Shown in pieces: positions 25,828 to 33,704 of a stretch of DNA of 64,000 nucleotides (within the stretch, counting starts at the first letter, position 1; every line of letters starts with the position of its first letter). The position numbers and the translations under genes were made by a program. The notes below the pieces were generated by a model, which was given only the letters and a program-made list of their open reading frames with translations, did no database searches and was not told the DNA's origin. Location of the stretch: assembly GCA_013151835.1 (NCBI GenBank), contig JAADHK010000044.1, positions 11,447-75,446 on the forward strand, given 5' to 3'. The stretch comes from Deltaproteobacteria bacterium. GTDB lineage: Bacteria > Desulfobacterota > Desulfobacteria > Desulfobacterales > Desulfosalsimonadaceae.

Positions 25828-28800
25828 ATGAAGATGCAGAAGACTATCTGCTTAAATATTTTCCGTAAGGTTCTGGCGCTGATTTTTATATTTTGTTTCA
25901 TTGCTCCGGCATATATCCAGGCAAAAGAGCGCTGCGGATTTGATCTTCTCCACAAAAAGTTGATGCAGACGGATCCTTCCTACCGGTCAAAAAGGCTCCA
26001 AAGTGAGCGTCATCTTCAAAAAATTCTTAACCGGAAAACGGTTAAAAGCACACCCGATATTTATAAAATTCCGGTTGTCGTACACGTTATGCATCTTGGA
26101 GAGGCCGTGGGGACAGGTTCAAATATTTCAGCTGCCCAGATTGACAGCGCCATTACCGTTTTGAATGAGGATTTCCGAAAGATGGCCGGGACAAATGGCG
26201 ACGGAAACGGTGAAGACGTACGAATCGAATTTGGCCTGGCCGTCCGTGACCCAAACAATCAGCCGTCCTCGGGAATTGTGCGCATCGATACCAGTAGCGC
26301 CGGTAGCGGGGATTCCAGTTATGCCGACTATGGGGTCAGGAACGAAGGCGCATTGGGTTTGGATGAATCAGATTTAAAAGACCTGAGCCGGTGGGATAAT
26401 GACCGGTTTTATAATATTTGGATCGTCACCGAGATCGATAATAATGACGGAGGCGATGGCACACAGGGATATGCTTATTTTCCCGGTGCACCCCCGACTT
26501 TAGACGGTGCGCTTATTATACATCCGGCTTTCGGCACGGTTGGTACAGCCGCCGGGGCGCATAATCGCACAGCGACCCATGAAATGGGCCATGCATTTAA
26601 TCTGTACCATACATTCCAGGGAGACGAGGCTGACACCCGGTGCCCTTTGGATCTTGTATGCGGCGAAAGCAGTGATTGTTGTGATGATACACCACCGCAT
26701 AGACGCTCCCATGGCAATTGTCCTGAAAATCTCGAAAACCCCTGTGCGGCGCCCGATCTTTTAGGTCTGGTGGTGCATAACTATATGGATTATTCCTCCG
26801 ACTTGTGCCAAAGCGAATTTACGCTTGATCAAAAAGACAGAATGCGGGCGATTTTCACACAAGGCGGTCTCAGGGAAAGCCTGAAGGACTCCAATGGCCT
26901 GACACCCGTTGGTGCGCCAATGAGTGATTTCTCCGCCACAACGCCCACTTGCGCCGGTGATGTCACATTTCAGGACAAATCCACTGACGGACCCACAAGC
27001 TGGGCATGGACCTTTACCGGGGGAACACCGTCGTCTTCCACGGACCGGAACCCCACCGTGACATACACAAAAGGACTGTATTCCGTTTCTCTGACCGCCA
27101 CAAATTCAGTGGGCGCCGGATATACGGAAACCAAAACCGACTATCTTTATGTCTATGATTCCCCGGTCCCCGCATGTGCGGTCACGACCACCGATCTGGC
27201 CAATAACTTCGGTATGGGCATATATAATGTCACTTTTGACGCGATTGACAACACCACCGGGGATGCTGTCGATGACACCGGGTACCTTGATTTTTCATGC
27301 AGCCAAATCGCCACCCTGGTGCCCGGGAACAGCTACCCCATATCGGTTACAACCGGTCCCATCAATAATGAAGATGTCCGTGTATATATTGATTATAATA
27401 ATAACGGGGTCTTTAACCTGCCGGAAGAGCTGGCGTTCTCCTCGGAGGATACCCTGCAAACCCATTTCGGAACCGTAAACACGCCCGACTGGGTCGTCAC
27501 CGGTTCAATTCTGCGAATGCGGGTGATTTCCGATTTTTCCGTAGAAACGATTGATCCGTGTACCAACCAGGACTCCGGGCAGACGGAAGATTACGGAGTT
27601 GTTTTTACCGCTGTCAGCGCGCCGGTGTCCGATTTTTCAGCAGATAACACCATACTGTGCACGGCAAACACGGTCAATTTCACGAACCTGAGCGCAAACG
27701 GATCATCCGGCTGGTCGTGGTCCTTTTCGGGCGGCGATCCGTCAACGTCCACGGCAAACGCGCCTTCCGTCGACTATGATACTGCCGGTGCCTATGATGT
27801 ATCATTGACGGTAACCAATGCTGCGGGCACGGGCAATACTGAAACCAAAACCGGCTATATAGCTGTGTATGATCCCCCGGTATCCGCATGTACGGTCACT
27901 ACCACCGACCTTACGAATAACTACGGTATGGGCATATATAATGTCAATTTTGAGTCTATTGATAACATAACCGGCGACGCTGTTACTGACGGCGGATATC
28001 AGGATTTTTCATGCAGCCGCATGGCCGGCCTGGAAATTGGCGGCAGTTACCCGATAACGGTAACCACCGGCCCGGCCAATGATGAAGATGTTCGTGTATA
28101 TATCGATTATAACAATAACGGTGTATTCGATCTGCCCGATGAGCTGGCATTTTCCTCTGATGATACCGGGCAAACCCATTCAGGAACCATTGTAATTCCA
28201 AGTGATGCCGCTGTCGGTTCCCTCCTGCGAATGCGTGTCATTTCCGATGCCGACTTTAATACCATTAATCCATGCACGGACCAGACATATGGACAGGCGG
28301 AAGATTACGCGGTTTTGATAAGGTTTGCGGCTGAAATGCCGGTGGTTTCAACCACCGCAGCCACTTCAATCACATATAACAGCGCCTCTTCCGGCGGGAA
28401 TGTAACTGATGATGGCGGCGCAAGTGTCACTGCTCGTGGTGTTTGCTGGAGTACAAATGTTGATCCGACAACAGACGATATGCATACAACGGATGCCGCT
28501 GGTACAGGCATGTTTACATCTTTTATTACCGACTTGGATCCGGATACACTTTACCATTACAGGGCGTATGCGACAAATTCGAGCGGGACAAGCTACGGTG
28601 CGGACATGACATTCACGACCGATCCGCAGGCACCCACCATAACCACCCAGGCAGCGTCCGACGTCACGCCCACCACCGCCACTGTAAGCGGTAATATTAC
28701 TGACCTCGGGGCGCCCAATCCCACCCAGCACGGCGTCTGCTGGAGTACATCGGTCAATCCCACCACGGCAGACAGCAAAACCGAGGAAGGTGCTGCCGGT

Positions 28801-29112
28801 TCCACTGGCGCATTTACCAGCATCATCACCGGCCTTTCGCCTGGTGCGATCTACCATTATCGGGCCTATGCGACGAACACAGCAGGGACATCATACGGTT
28901 TAGATGTGATCCTGGACCGCCCCTCCGCCGTTTATGGTGATATAAACAACGACAACATAGTGAATTTAGCAGACGCCATCTGTGCATTGCGCATCATGGT
29001 AAAGTTGCCGGTTCCAACGGTAAATAAGGAAAAAACCCTGGGCAATGAAAAAAAAATCAGACCGGCTGATGCTGTTTTTATCCTGCAGGTTTCGGCAATG
29101 CTTATTCCGTAA
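25828..29112 (+). CDS. secreted multidomain zinc metalloprotease (M43/pappalysin-like catalytic domain, PKD + GEVED repeats, dockerin-like C-terminus)
   Basis: AAGGAG RBS before the ATG at 25828. Signal peptide MKMQKTICLNIFRKVLALIFIFCFIAPAYIQA. Zinc site HEMGHAFNLYH. Two PKD-like + GEVED-like (GQTEDYGV / GQAEDYAV) units. Two ~98-aa repeats (GVCWS...YHYRAYATN). C-terminal GDINNDNIVNLADAICALRIM. Confidence 0.85.
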   Translation: MKMQKTICLNIFRKVLALIFIFCFIAPAYIQAKERCGFDLLHKKLMQTDPSYRSKRLQSERHLQKILNRKTVKSTPDIYKIPVVVHVMHLGEAVGTGSNISAAQIDSAITVLNEDFRKMAGTNGDGNGEDVRIEFGLAVRDPNNQPSSGIVRIDTSSAGSGDSSYADYGVRNEGALGLDESDLKDLSRWDNDRFYNIWIVTEIDNNDGGDGTQGYAYFPGAPPTLDGALIIHPAFGTVGTAAGAHNRTATHEMGHAFNLYHTFQGDEADTRCPLDLVCGESSDCCDDTPPHRRSHGNCPENLENPCAAPDLLGLVVHNYMDYSSDLCQSEFTLDQKDRMRAIFTQGGLRESLKDSNGLTPVGAPMSDFSATTPTCAGDVTFQDKSTDGPTSWAWTFTGGTPSSSTDRNPTVTYTKGLYSVSLTATNSVGAGYTETKTDYLYVYDSPVPACAVTTTDLANNFGMGIYNVTFDAIDNTTGDAVDDTGYLDFSCSQIATLVPGNSYPISVTTGPINNEDVRVYIDYNNNGVFNLPEELAFSSEDTLQTHFGTVNTPDWVVTGSILRMRVISDFSVETIDPCTNQDSGQTEDYGVVFTAVSAPVSDFSADNTILCTANTVNFTNLSANGSSGWSWSFSGGDPSTSTANAPSVDYDTAGAYDVSLTVTNAAGTGNTETKTGYIAVYDPPVSACTVTTTDLTNNYGMGIYNVNFESIDNITGDAVTDGGYQDFSCSRMAGLEIGGSYPITVTTGPANDEDVRVYIDYNNNGVFDLPDELAFSSDDTGQTHSGTIVIPSDAAVGSLLRMRVISDADFNTINPCTDQTYGQAEDYAVLIRFAAEMPVVSTTAATSITYNSASSGGNVTDDGGASVTARGVCWSTNVDPTTDDMHTTDAAGTGMFTSFITDLDPDTLYHYRAYATNSSGTSYGADMTFTTDPQAPTITTQAASDVTPTTATVSGNITDLGAPNPTQHGVCWSTSVNPTTADSKTEEGAAGSTGAFTSIITGLSPGAIYHYRAYATNTAGTSYGLDVILDRPSAVYGDINNDNIVNLADAICALRIMVKLPVPTVNKEKTLGNEKKIRPADAVFILQVSAMLIP
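26923..28332 (+). repeat. in-frame tandem duplication of a ~705-bp (235-aa) PKD+GEVED unit inside the protease gene
   Basis: SDFSATTPTCAGDVTFQDKS...RMRVISDF...GQTEDYGV is collinear with SDFSADNTILCTANTVNFTN...RMRVISDA...GQAEDYAV. The offset is 705 nt (26923 vs 27628). Confidence 0.8.
28345..28915 (+). repeat. in-frame tandem duplication of a ~98-aa unit inside the protease gene
   Basis: GGNVTDDGGASVTARGVCWSTNVDPT...LYHYRAYATNSSGTSYG is collinear with SGNITDLGAPNPTQHGVCWSTSVNPT...IYHYRAYATNTAGTSYG. Confidence 0.75.
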
Positions 29113-29179
29113 TTCCTGCCGGTGAATTCAAATTGCAAGTGCGCCACGCGCCTCTTGTAATGAATGTCCCCCATATTTT

Positions 29180-29350
29180 AATGCTCTCGTAAAAAGTCTC
29201 TCAACATGGAAAAGATGGCACAAGTTAAAAGTTTCATATACAAGGCGTAGTGGTTTTTCAGGAACAAAGGCATACATATAGTATTCCGAGTGACTGAAAA
29301 AACACTACAACGCAGTAGATGGGACAGATGGGACTTTTTACGACGCCATC
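29180..29350 (+). mobile_element. MITE-like element, subfamily A, copy A3 (171 bp, uninterrupted)
   Basis: TIRs are AATGCTCTCGTAAAAAGTC and revcomp GATGGCGTCGTAAAAAGTC. A 7-bp direct duplication ATATTTT lies at 29173-29179 and 29351-29357. There is a small internal duplication, GATGGGACAGATGGGAC. Confidence 0.85.
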
Positions 29351-29770
29351 ATATTTTATTATAGCTGCAGTTTTTTGCAAAAGGTTTCCACCGGCAGGAC
29401 CCGTACCCCGTTTTTCATATAATCTTCTGGATATTCGACACATAAATAAAATCGTGGCATATATTTTGAACTGAAAAGCAGATTCCTGTTCTGTATGAAA
29501 AATTCTTGGCGCCGCTCATTTCTATCATTGACAAAGGATGTTGGCTTTTACCGGGTGATCATCAGCAGATCCAAAATGAGCTTTCGGATGTTGTCAACCA
29601 ACTGCCGGCCCCGCCGGTCGTTCTGGCCCCCCCCATTTGATTCATTGTTGTGATCCATGAGGATTTATGTTAGCTGTTGCAATTATATCTTACAGGGTCA
29701 CCGGCTTACTGATGAGCAACGGCCGGAAACAGTTAACCGGTTCATTTTAAAGCAGGCAAAGGAAGAACTT

Positions 29771-30592
29771 ATGGGTGTCAGATCGATCCTGAAAAAAATG
29801 CTTGTCTCGCCGGAACTCGAAAAGCAGGTCGCAAATATTAAAAAACCCGTCGGTGTGTATGGATATGATCCCTGGGGATATCATACCGACACGTTTATGG
29901 TCGCCCTGTCGATTTTCAAAAAAATGTTTGATAATTATTTCCGGGTTGAGTCCCATGGCCTGGAAAATGTGCCTGATGAAGGCAGGGCCATGGTGATCGC
30001 AAACCACAGCGGGCAACTTCCCATGGACGGCATTATGATCGGTATTGCCATTGCCACCCGTGATCATGCCCCCCGTGCCGCAAGGGCCATGGTTGAACGG
30101 TTTTTCCCCACCGTCCCGTTTATCGGCAATTTTTTGAACCAGGTGGGCGCGGTAATCGGAGACCCCGTAAACTGTGTCAAGATGCTTCAGAATGATGAAG
30201 TTATCGTTGTCTTTCCCGAAGGTGTCCGCGGGTCGGGAAAGCCTTATAGGAAAAAGTATCAACTTCAGCGATTCGGCAATGGTTTTATGCATATTGCCAT
30301 TGCCAATAAAACCCCGATCATACCCGTCGGCGTTGTCGGCTGCGAGGAAACCATCCCTTCCCTGGGCGATATTAAGCCCCTGGCTAAATTAATAGGCATT
30401 CCCTATGTCCCGATCGCATTTCCATTGCCGCTGCCGGCAAAAGTAATCCTTAATTTCGGTGAACCCATGGTATTTGAGGGTGACATCGATAATGAAAAAA
30501 GTGTGACGGAAAAAGTCGAAACAGTTAAAAACGAGATAAGGCGACTTATAAAAAAAGGCCGCTCCGAACGGAAGGGGGTTTTTTATGGCTGA
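29771..30592 (+). CDS. phospholipid/glycerol acyltransferase family protein (PlsC-like)
   Basis: ANHSGQLPMDG (a His...Asp acyltransferase block, with longer spacing than the classic HX4D) and the VVFPEGVRGSGK block. AAGGAAG RBS before the ATG at 29771; the ORF opens at 29657. Confidence 0.75.
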   Translation: MGVRSILKKMLVSPELEKQVANIKKPVGVYGYDPWGYHTDTFMVALSIFKKMFDNYFRVESHGLENVPDEGRAMVIANHSGQLPMDGIMIGIAIATRDHAPRAARAMVERFFPTVPFIGNFLNQVGAVIGDPVNCVKMLQNDEVIVVFPEGVRGSGKPYRKKYQLQRFGNGFMHIAIANKTPIIPVGVVGCEETIPSLGDIKPLAKLIGIPYVPIAFPLPLPAKVILNFGEPMVFEGDIDNEKSVTEKVETVKNEIRRLIKKGRSERKGVFYG

Positions 30593-31541
30593 AGAAAAAA
30601 AGCCTAAAGTCTTAATCACCGGGGCCAGGGGAGCCCTGGCCCAGCAGGTGATCACACGCATGAAGAGTCACTTTCGGCTCGTCATTGTTGATTTCAGGCG
30701 CCGTGTCGTCATGGATGAAGACATCCCCAGCTATTTTGTGCATATAACAAAACGCGGGTTTGAAGATATTTTCCGGGAACATAAAATTGACGGCATTATC
30801 CATCTCGGGCGGATGGAGTCCGATGAATCCAATCGGTTCAGCCGTTATAACGCCAATGTGCTGGGCACCCAGAATATGCTGGACCTTTGCATTAAATATA
30901 ATGTCAGCCAGGTGTTGATTTTATCCACCTTTTTTGTATACGGAGCCAACGCATATAATCCGGTTCCCCTTGATGAGGGCGCCCCTTTAAAGGCCTCTGC
31001 GCTGACCAAAAATCTCGTGGATACTGTGGAGCTTGAAAATCTGGCACATATTTACATGTGGAAACACAGGGACCTGAACCTGACAATACTCAGGCCCTGC
31101 AATATTGTCGGCCCGGGTGTCAGAAACTCCATGAGCCTGTTGTTGTCACGAAAAACATCGCCCGTACTCATCGGCTTTAATCCCATGATGCAGTTTATAC
31201 ACATAGGAGATATCGCAAAGGCAATTGTAAAAGCCTATAAAAAAAATACACCTGGAATTTACAACGTGGCGCCCAATGACTGGGTGGGTTATCAGGATGC
31301 TCTGGTTGCAAGCGGATGCAGGCGTATTCCCATTCCTTCCATACCACCGGTTGTGCCCATGACCATCAGCAGGTTTTTAAATCTGAAATCATTTCCCAGC
31401 TACCTGATCAACTATTTCAAGTACCCGGCAATAATTGACGGCAGCCTGTTTGCCAAAACATTCAATTTCAAGCCGAGCCGAGGCCTTGATTATATTTTTC
31501 AGCATTACCGGCGGAAGAAATCGAAAAAACCCATTGACTAG
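30585..31541 (+). CDS. NAD-dependent epimerase/dehydratase family (extended SDR) protein
   Basis: N-terminal Rossmann motif VLITGARGALAQQV. Overlaps the acyltransferase gene by 8 nt. Confidence 0.75.
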   Translation: MAEEKKPKVLITGARGALAQQVITRMKSHFRLVIVDFRRRVVMDEDIPSYFVHITKRGFEDIFREHKIDGIIHLGRMESDESNRFSRYNANVLGTQNMLDLCIKYNVSQVLILSTFFVYGANAYNPVPLDEGAPLKASALTKNLVDTVELENLAHIYMWKHRDLNLTILRPCNIVGPGVRNSMSLLLSRKTSPVLIGFNPMMQFIHIGDIAKAIVKAYKKNTPGIYNVAPNDWVGYQDALVASGCRRIPIPSIPPVVPMTISRFLNLKSFPSYLINYFKYPAIIDGSLFAKTFNFKPSRGLDYIFQHYRRKKSKKPID

Positions 31542-31559
31542 GCATTTTGAAAAATGGGC

Positions 31560-31588
31560 TTGACAGTGGCCATGGCTCCCTTTATGAT
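31560..31588 (+). promoter_or_regulatory. sigma70-type promoter candidate for the Phe leader
   Basis: TTGACA (31560-31565), a 17-nt spacer, then TATGAT (31583-31588), about 20 nt upstream of the leader-peptide RBS GAGGA. Confidence 0.6.
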
Positions 31589-31608
31589 CGTGGAAAATTG
31601 AGGACAAA

Positions 31609-31695
31609 ATGAGTATGACAAACCACACCGTAAATTCGAGATTTTTTAGTTTCGGGCGCTTTTTTTTCTTTAGAAGCGTCCATCCGGCGGTGTAG
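31609..31695 (+). CDS. Phe-rich leader peptide (28 aa, attenuation-type)
   Basis: GAGGAcaaaATG, then MSMTNHTVNSRFFSFGRFFFFRSVHPAV-stop. Seven of the 28 codons are Phe (TTT/TTC). It is followed by two intrinsic terminators and then the DAHPS-prephenate dehydratase gene. Too short for the ORF track. Confidence 0.75.
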   Translation: MSMTNHTVNSRFFSFGRFFFFRSVHPAV

Positions 31696-31712
31696 TTTAA
31701 ATTAACGACATT

Positions 31713-31752
31713 GCCCCGGGTGGATCAAGGGTCCGCCCGGGGCTTTTTATTT
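31713..31752 (+). terminator. intrinsic terminator 1 of the Phe attenuator
   Basis: GCCCCGGG, a 15-nt loop, CCCGGGGC, then TTTTTATTT. Confidence 0.65.
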
Positions 31753-31760
31753 GTGAAAAG

Positions 31761-31790
31761 ACCCCGGGTTTTGGCCCGGGGTTTTTTATT
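31761..31790 (+). terminator. intrinsic terminator 2 of the Phe attenuator
   Basis: ACCCCGGG-ttttgg-CCCGGGGT followed by TTTTTTATTTT. Its 5' arm is also complementary to the 3' arm of terminator 1. Confidence 0.7.
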
Positions 31791-31826
31791 TTAATGAAAG
31801 TTGCATTGCAGCAGGGGAGGACCGCC

Positions 31827-33704
31827 ATGTTGATCGTCTTGGAACCAGAGATAACACCGGAACAGAAGAATCACATATTGAGTATCCTGCGCGGAGGAGG
31901 GTGCCTTTTCAGGGAAATTTCAGAAGGCGGGCGGTGTATCATAGGGGCGACCGGCAACGCCGGACACGGGGCGGATTATTTTGAAGGGCTTGCAGGTGTG
32001 GCAAAAGTCGTTCCGGTTTCCACGGCATTCAAGCTGGTCAGCCGGCAGATGCACGTGGCTGATTCGCAAATAAAGATCGGTGACGTGGTAGTGGGCGGTC
32101 CGCGGATCGTTGTGATTGCAGGTCCGTGCGCGGTCGAGAGCCGGGAGCAGATGCATGCCGTGGCAAGGGAGGTCCGTAAATACGGGGCTGTTATGTTTCG
32201 CGGCGGAGCCTTCAAGCCGCGCACGTCTCCATATTCTTTCCAGGGCATGGGCGAGGAAGGGTTAAAGCTCCTTGCCGAGATCAGGGAGACATACTCAATG
32301 CCGGTAGTAACCGAGATTACGACTCCGGCCCAGGCCGACCTGGTCATGAAATATATCGATGTAGTCCAGGTGGGGGCGCGAAACATGCAGAATTTTGAGC
32401 TCTTGAAATGCGTGGGCCGCCTGGGAAAGCCGGTGCTCTTAAAGCGGGGCCTTGCCGCCACCATAGAAGAATGGCTCATGTCCGCCGAGTATATTCTCTC
32501 CGAGGGAAACGACAACGTGATCCTGTGCGAACGGGGGATCCGGACATTTGAACCATATACCAGAAATACGCTCGACCTGTCGGCCATTCCGGTGATCAGG
32601 AACCTGACCCACCTGCCGATTATTATCGATCCGAGCCATGCTACCGGCATGAGGGAAAAGGTCAGTCCCATGGCGCGCGCCGCCATTGCAGCCGGAGCCG
32701 ACGGCCTGATGATTGAGGTTCACAATGATCCGGATCATGCCACATCCGACGGGGCGCAAAGTCTCTACCCAAAGCAGTTCGGCCAGCTCATGCGTGATAT
32801 TTACGTGATTGCGCCGGTCGTGGGAAAACAGCTCGATTATGGGTATCTCGACAAGGCAAGGGCTGTTTCTCGCATGGAAAGGGCCGATGACGGCAAGGGC
32901 AGAAAAGCGGCATTTTTAGGAGAGATTGGAAGCTTCAGCCACAAGGCCTGCCTACAGTATTTCGGAGACAGGGTCGCGCCCATGTCTGTTTCGTCCTTTA
33001 AGACTGTTTTTGATGCAATTGCGGACGGCCGGGCGGACTTCGGGATTGTGCCCATTGAAAACTCCCTTGCCGGCAGCATACACGAAAACTATGATCTTCT
33101 TCTTTCAAGCGGCCTTAAGATAATAGGCGAGATGACGCTTCGGATTAAGCATAACCTCATCGGACATCCGGGGGCTGAAATTGAAAAAATCCGCCGTGTG
33201 CTTTCAATTCCTCTGGTATTCCAGCAATGTCGCCAGTTTCTTGACAATTATCCCGAAATTGAGACGGTTCCGATGACCGATACGGCCCATGCGGTGCGGC
33301 AGGTAAAGGAATCGAAAAGCATGACCGATGCAGCCATAGCAGGTGAGCAGGCAGCGGAGATCTACGGTATGGAGGTGCTTGAGGAAGGGATTGAGACCAA
33401 CCCGAGAAATTTCACGCGTTTTGTGGTGATCGGCACAAAGCCGGTGGAAAAGGCCGAGAAAAAGAAATCATCGATCGTTTTTTCCACCGGTAACCAGCCG
33501 GGAGCCCTTTTTGAAACCCTTAAGGTGTTTGCCGAAAACGGGGTCAACATGGTCAAGCTCGAATCAAGGCCGATCCATGGAAAGCCTTGGGAATACATGT
33601 TCTACGTGGATGTCGAGGCCGACATCGAGGCCGATGAGCGCAGGGATTTTCTGGATCTGCTTAAGGAAAAAACCGAGTATTTGAGGGTGCTGGGGAGTTA
33701 TTGA
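31827..33704 (+). CDS. fused 3-deoxy-7-phosphoheptulonate (DAHP) synthase (type I-beta with N-terminal regulatory domain) / prephenate dehydratase + ACT domain
   Basis: The N-terminal half is collinear with Thermotoga-type DAHPS (IAGPCAVES, GGAFKPRTSPYSFQG, LLKRG, DPSHA). The C-terminal half carries PDT motifs (GSFSHKACLQYF, VPIENSLAGSI, TRFVVIG) and ACT (ESRPIHGKPWEYMFYVD). GGGGAGGA RBS before the ATG at 31827; the ORF opens at 31794, inside the terminator U-tract. Confidence 0.88.
   Translation: MLIVLEPEITPEQKNHILSILRGGGCLFREISEGGRCIIGATGNAGHGADYFEGLAGVAKVVPVSTAFKLVSRQMHVADSQIKIGDVVVGGPRIVVIAGPCAVESREQMHAVAREVRKYGAVMFRGGAFKPRTSPYSFQGMGEEGLKLLAEIRETYSMPVVTEITTPAQADLVMKYIDVVQVGARNMQNFELLKCVGRLGKPVLLKRGLAATIEEWLMSAEYILSEGNDNVILCERGIRTFEPYTRNTLDLSAIPVIRNLTHLPIIIDPSHATGMREKVSPMARAAIAAGADGLMIEVHNDPDHATSDGAQSLYPKQFGQLMRDIYVIAPVVGKQLDYGYLDKARAVSRMERADDGKGRKAAFLGEIGSFSHKACLQYFGDRVAPMSVSSFKTVFDAIADGRADFGIVPIENSLAGSIHENYDLLLSSGLKIIGEMTLRIKHNLIGHPGAEIEKIRRVLSIPLVFQQCRQFLDNYPEIETVPMTDTAHAVRQVKESKSMTDAAIAGEQAAEIYGMEVLEEGIETNPRNFTRFVVIGTKPVEKAEKKKSSIVFSTGNQPGALFETLKVFAENGVNMVKLESRPIHGKPWEYMFYVDVEADIEADERRDFLDLLKEKTEYLRVLGSY

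Noticed and set aside
29695-29745. Hammerhead-ribozyme-like CUGAUGAG ... GAAAC motif (29709-29730) upstream of the acyltransferase gene.
   Set aside because: The stem II segment (GCAACGGCCG) cannot form a proper helix closed by the required G10.1-C11.1 pair. The residue before GAAA is G instead of C. No convincing helices I/III or cleavage-site triplet are present. Judged a chance core match.
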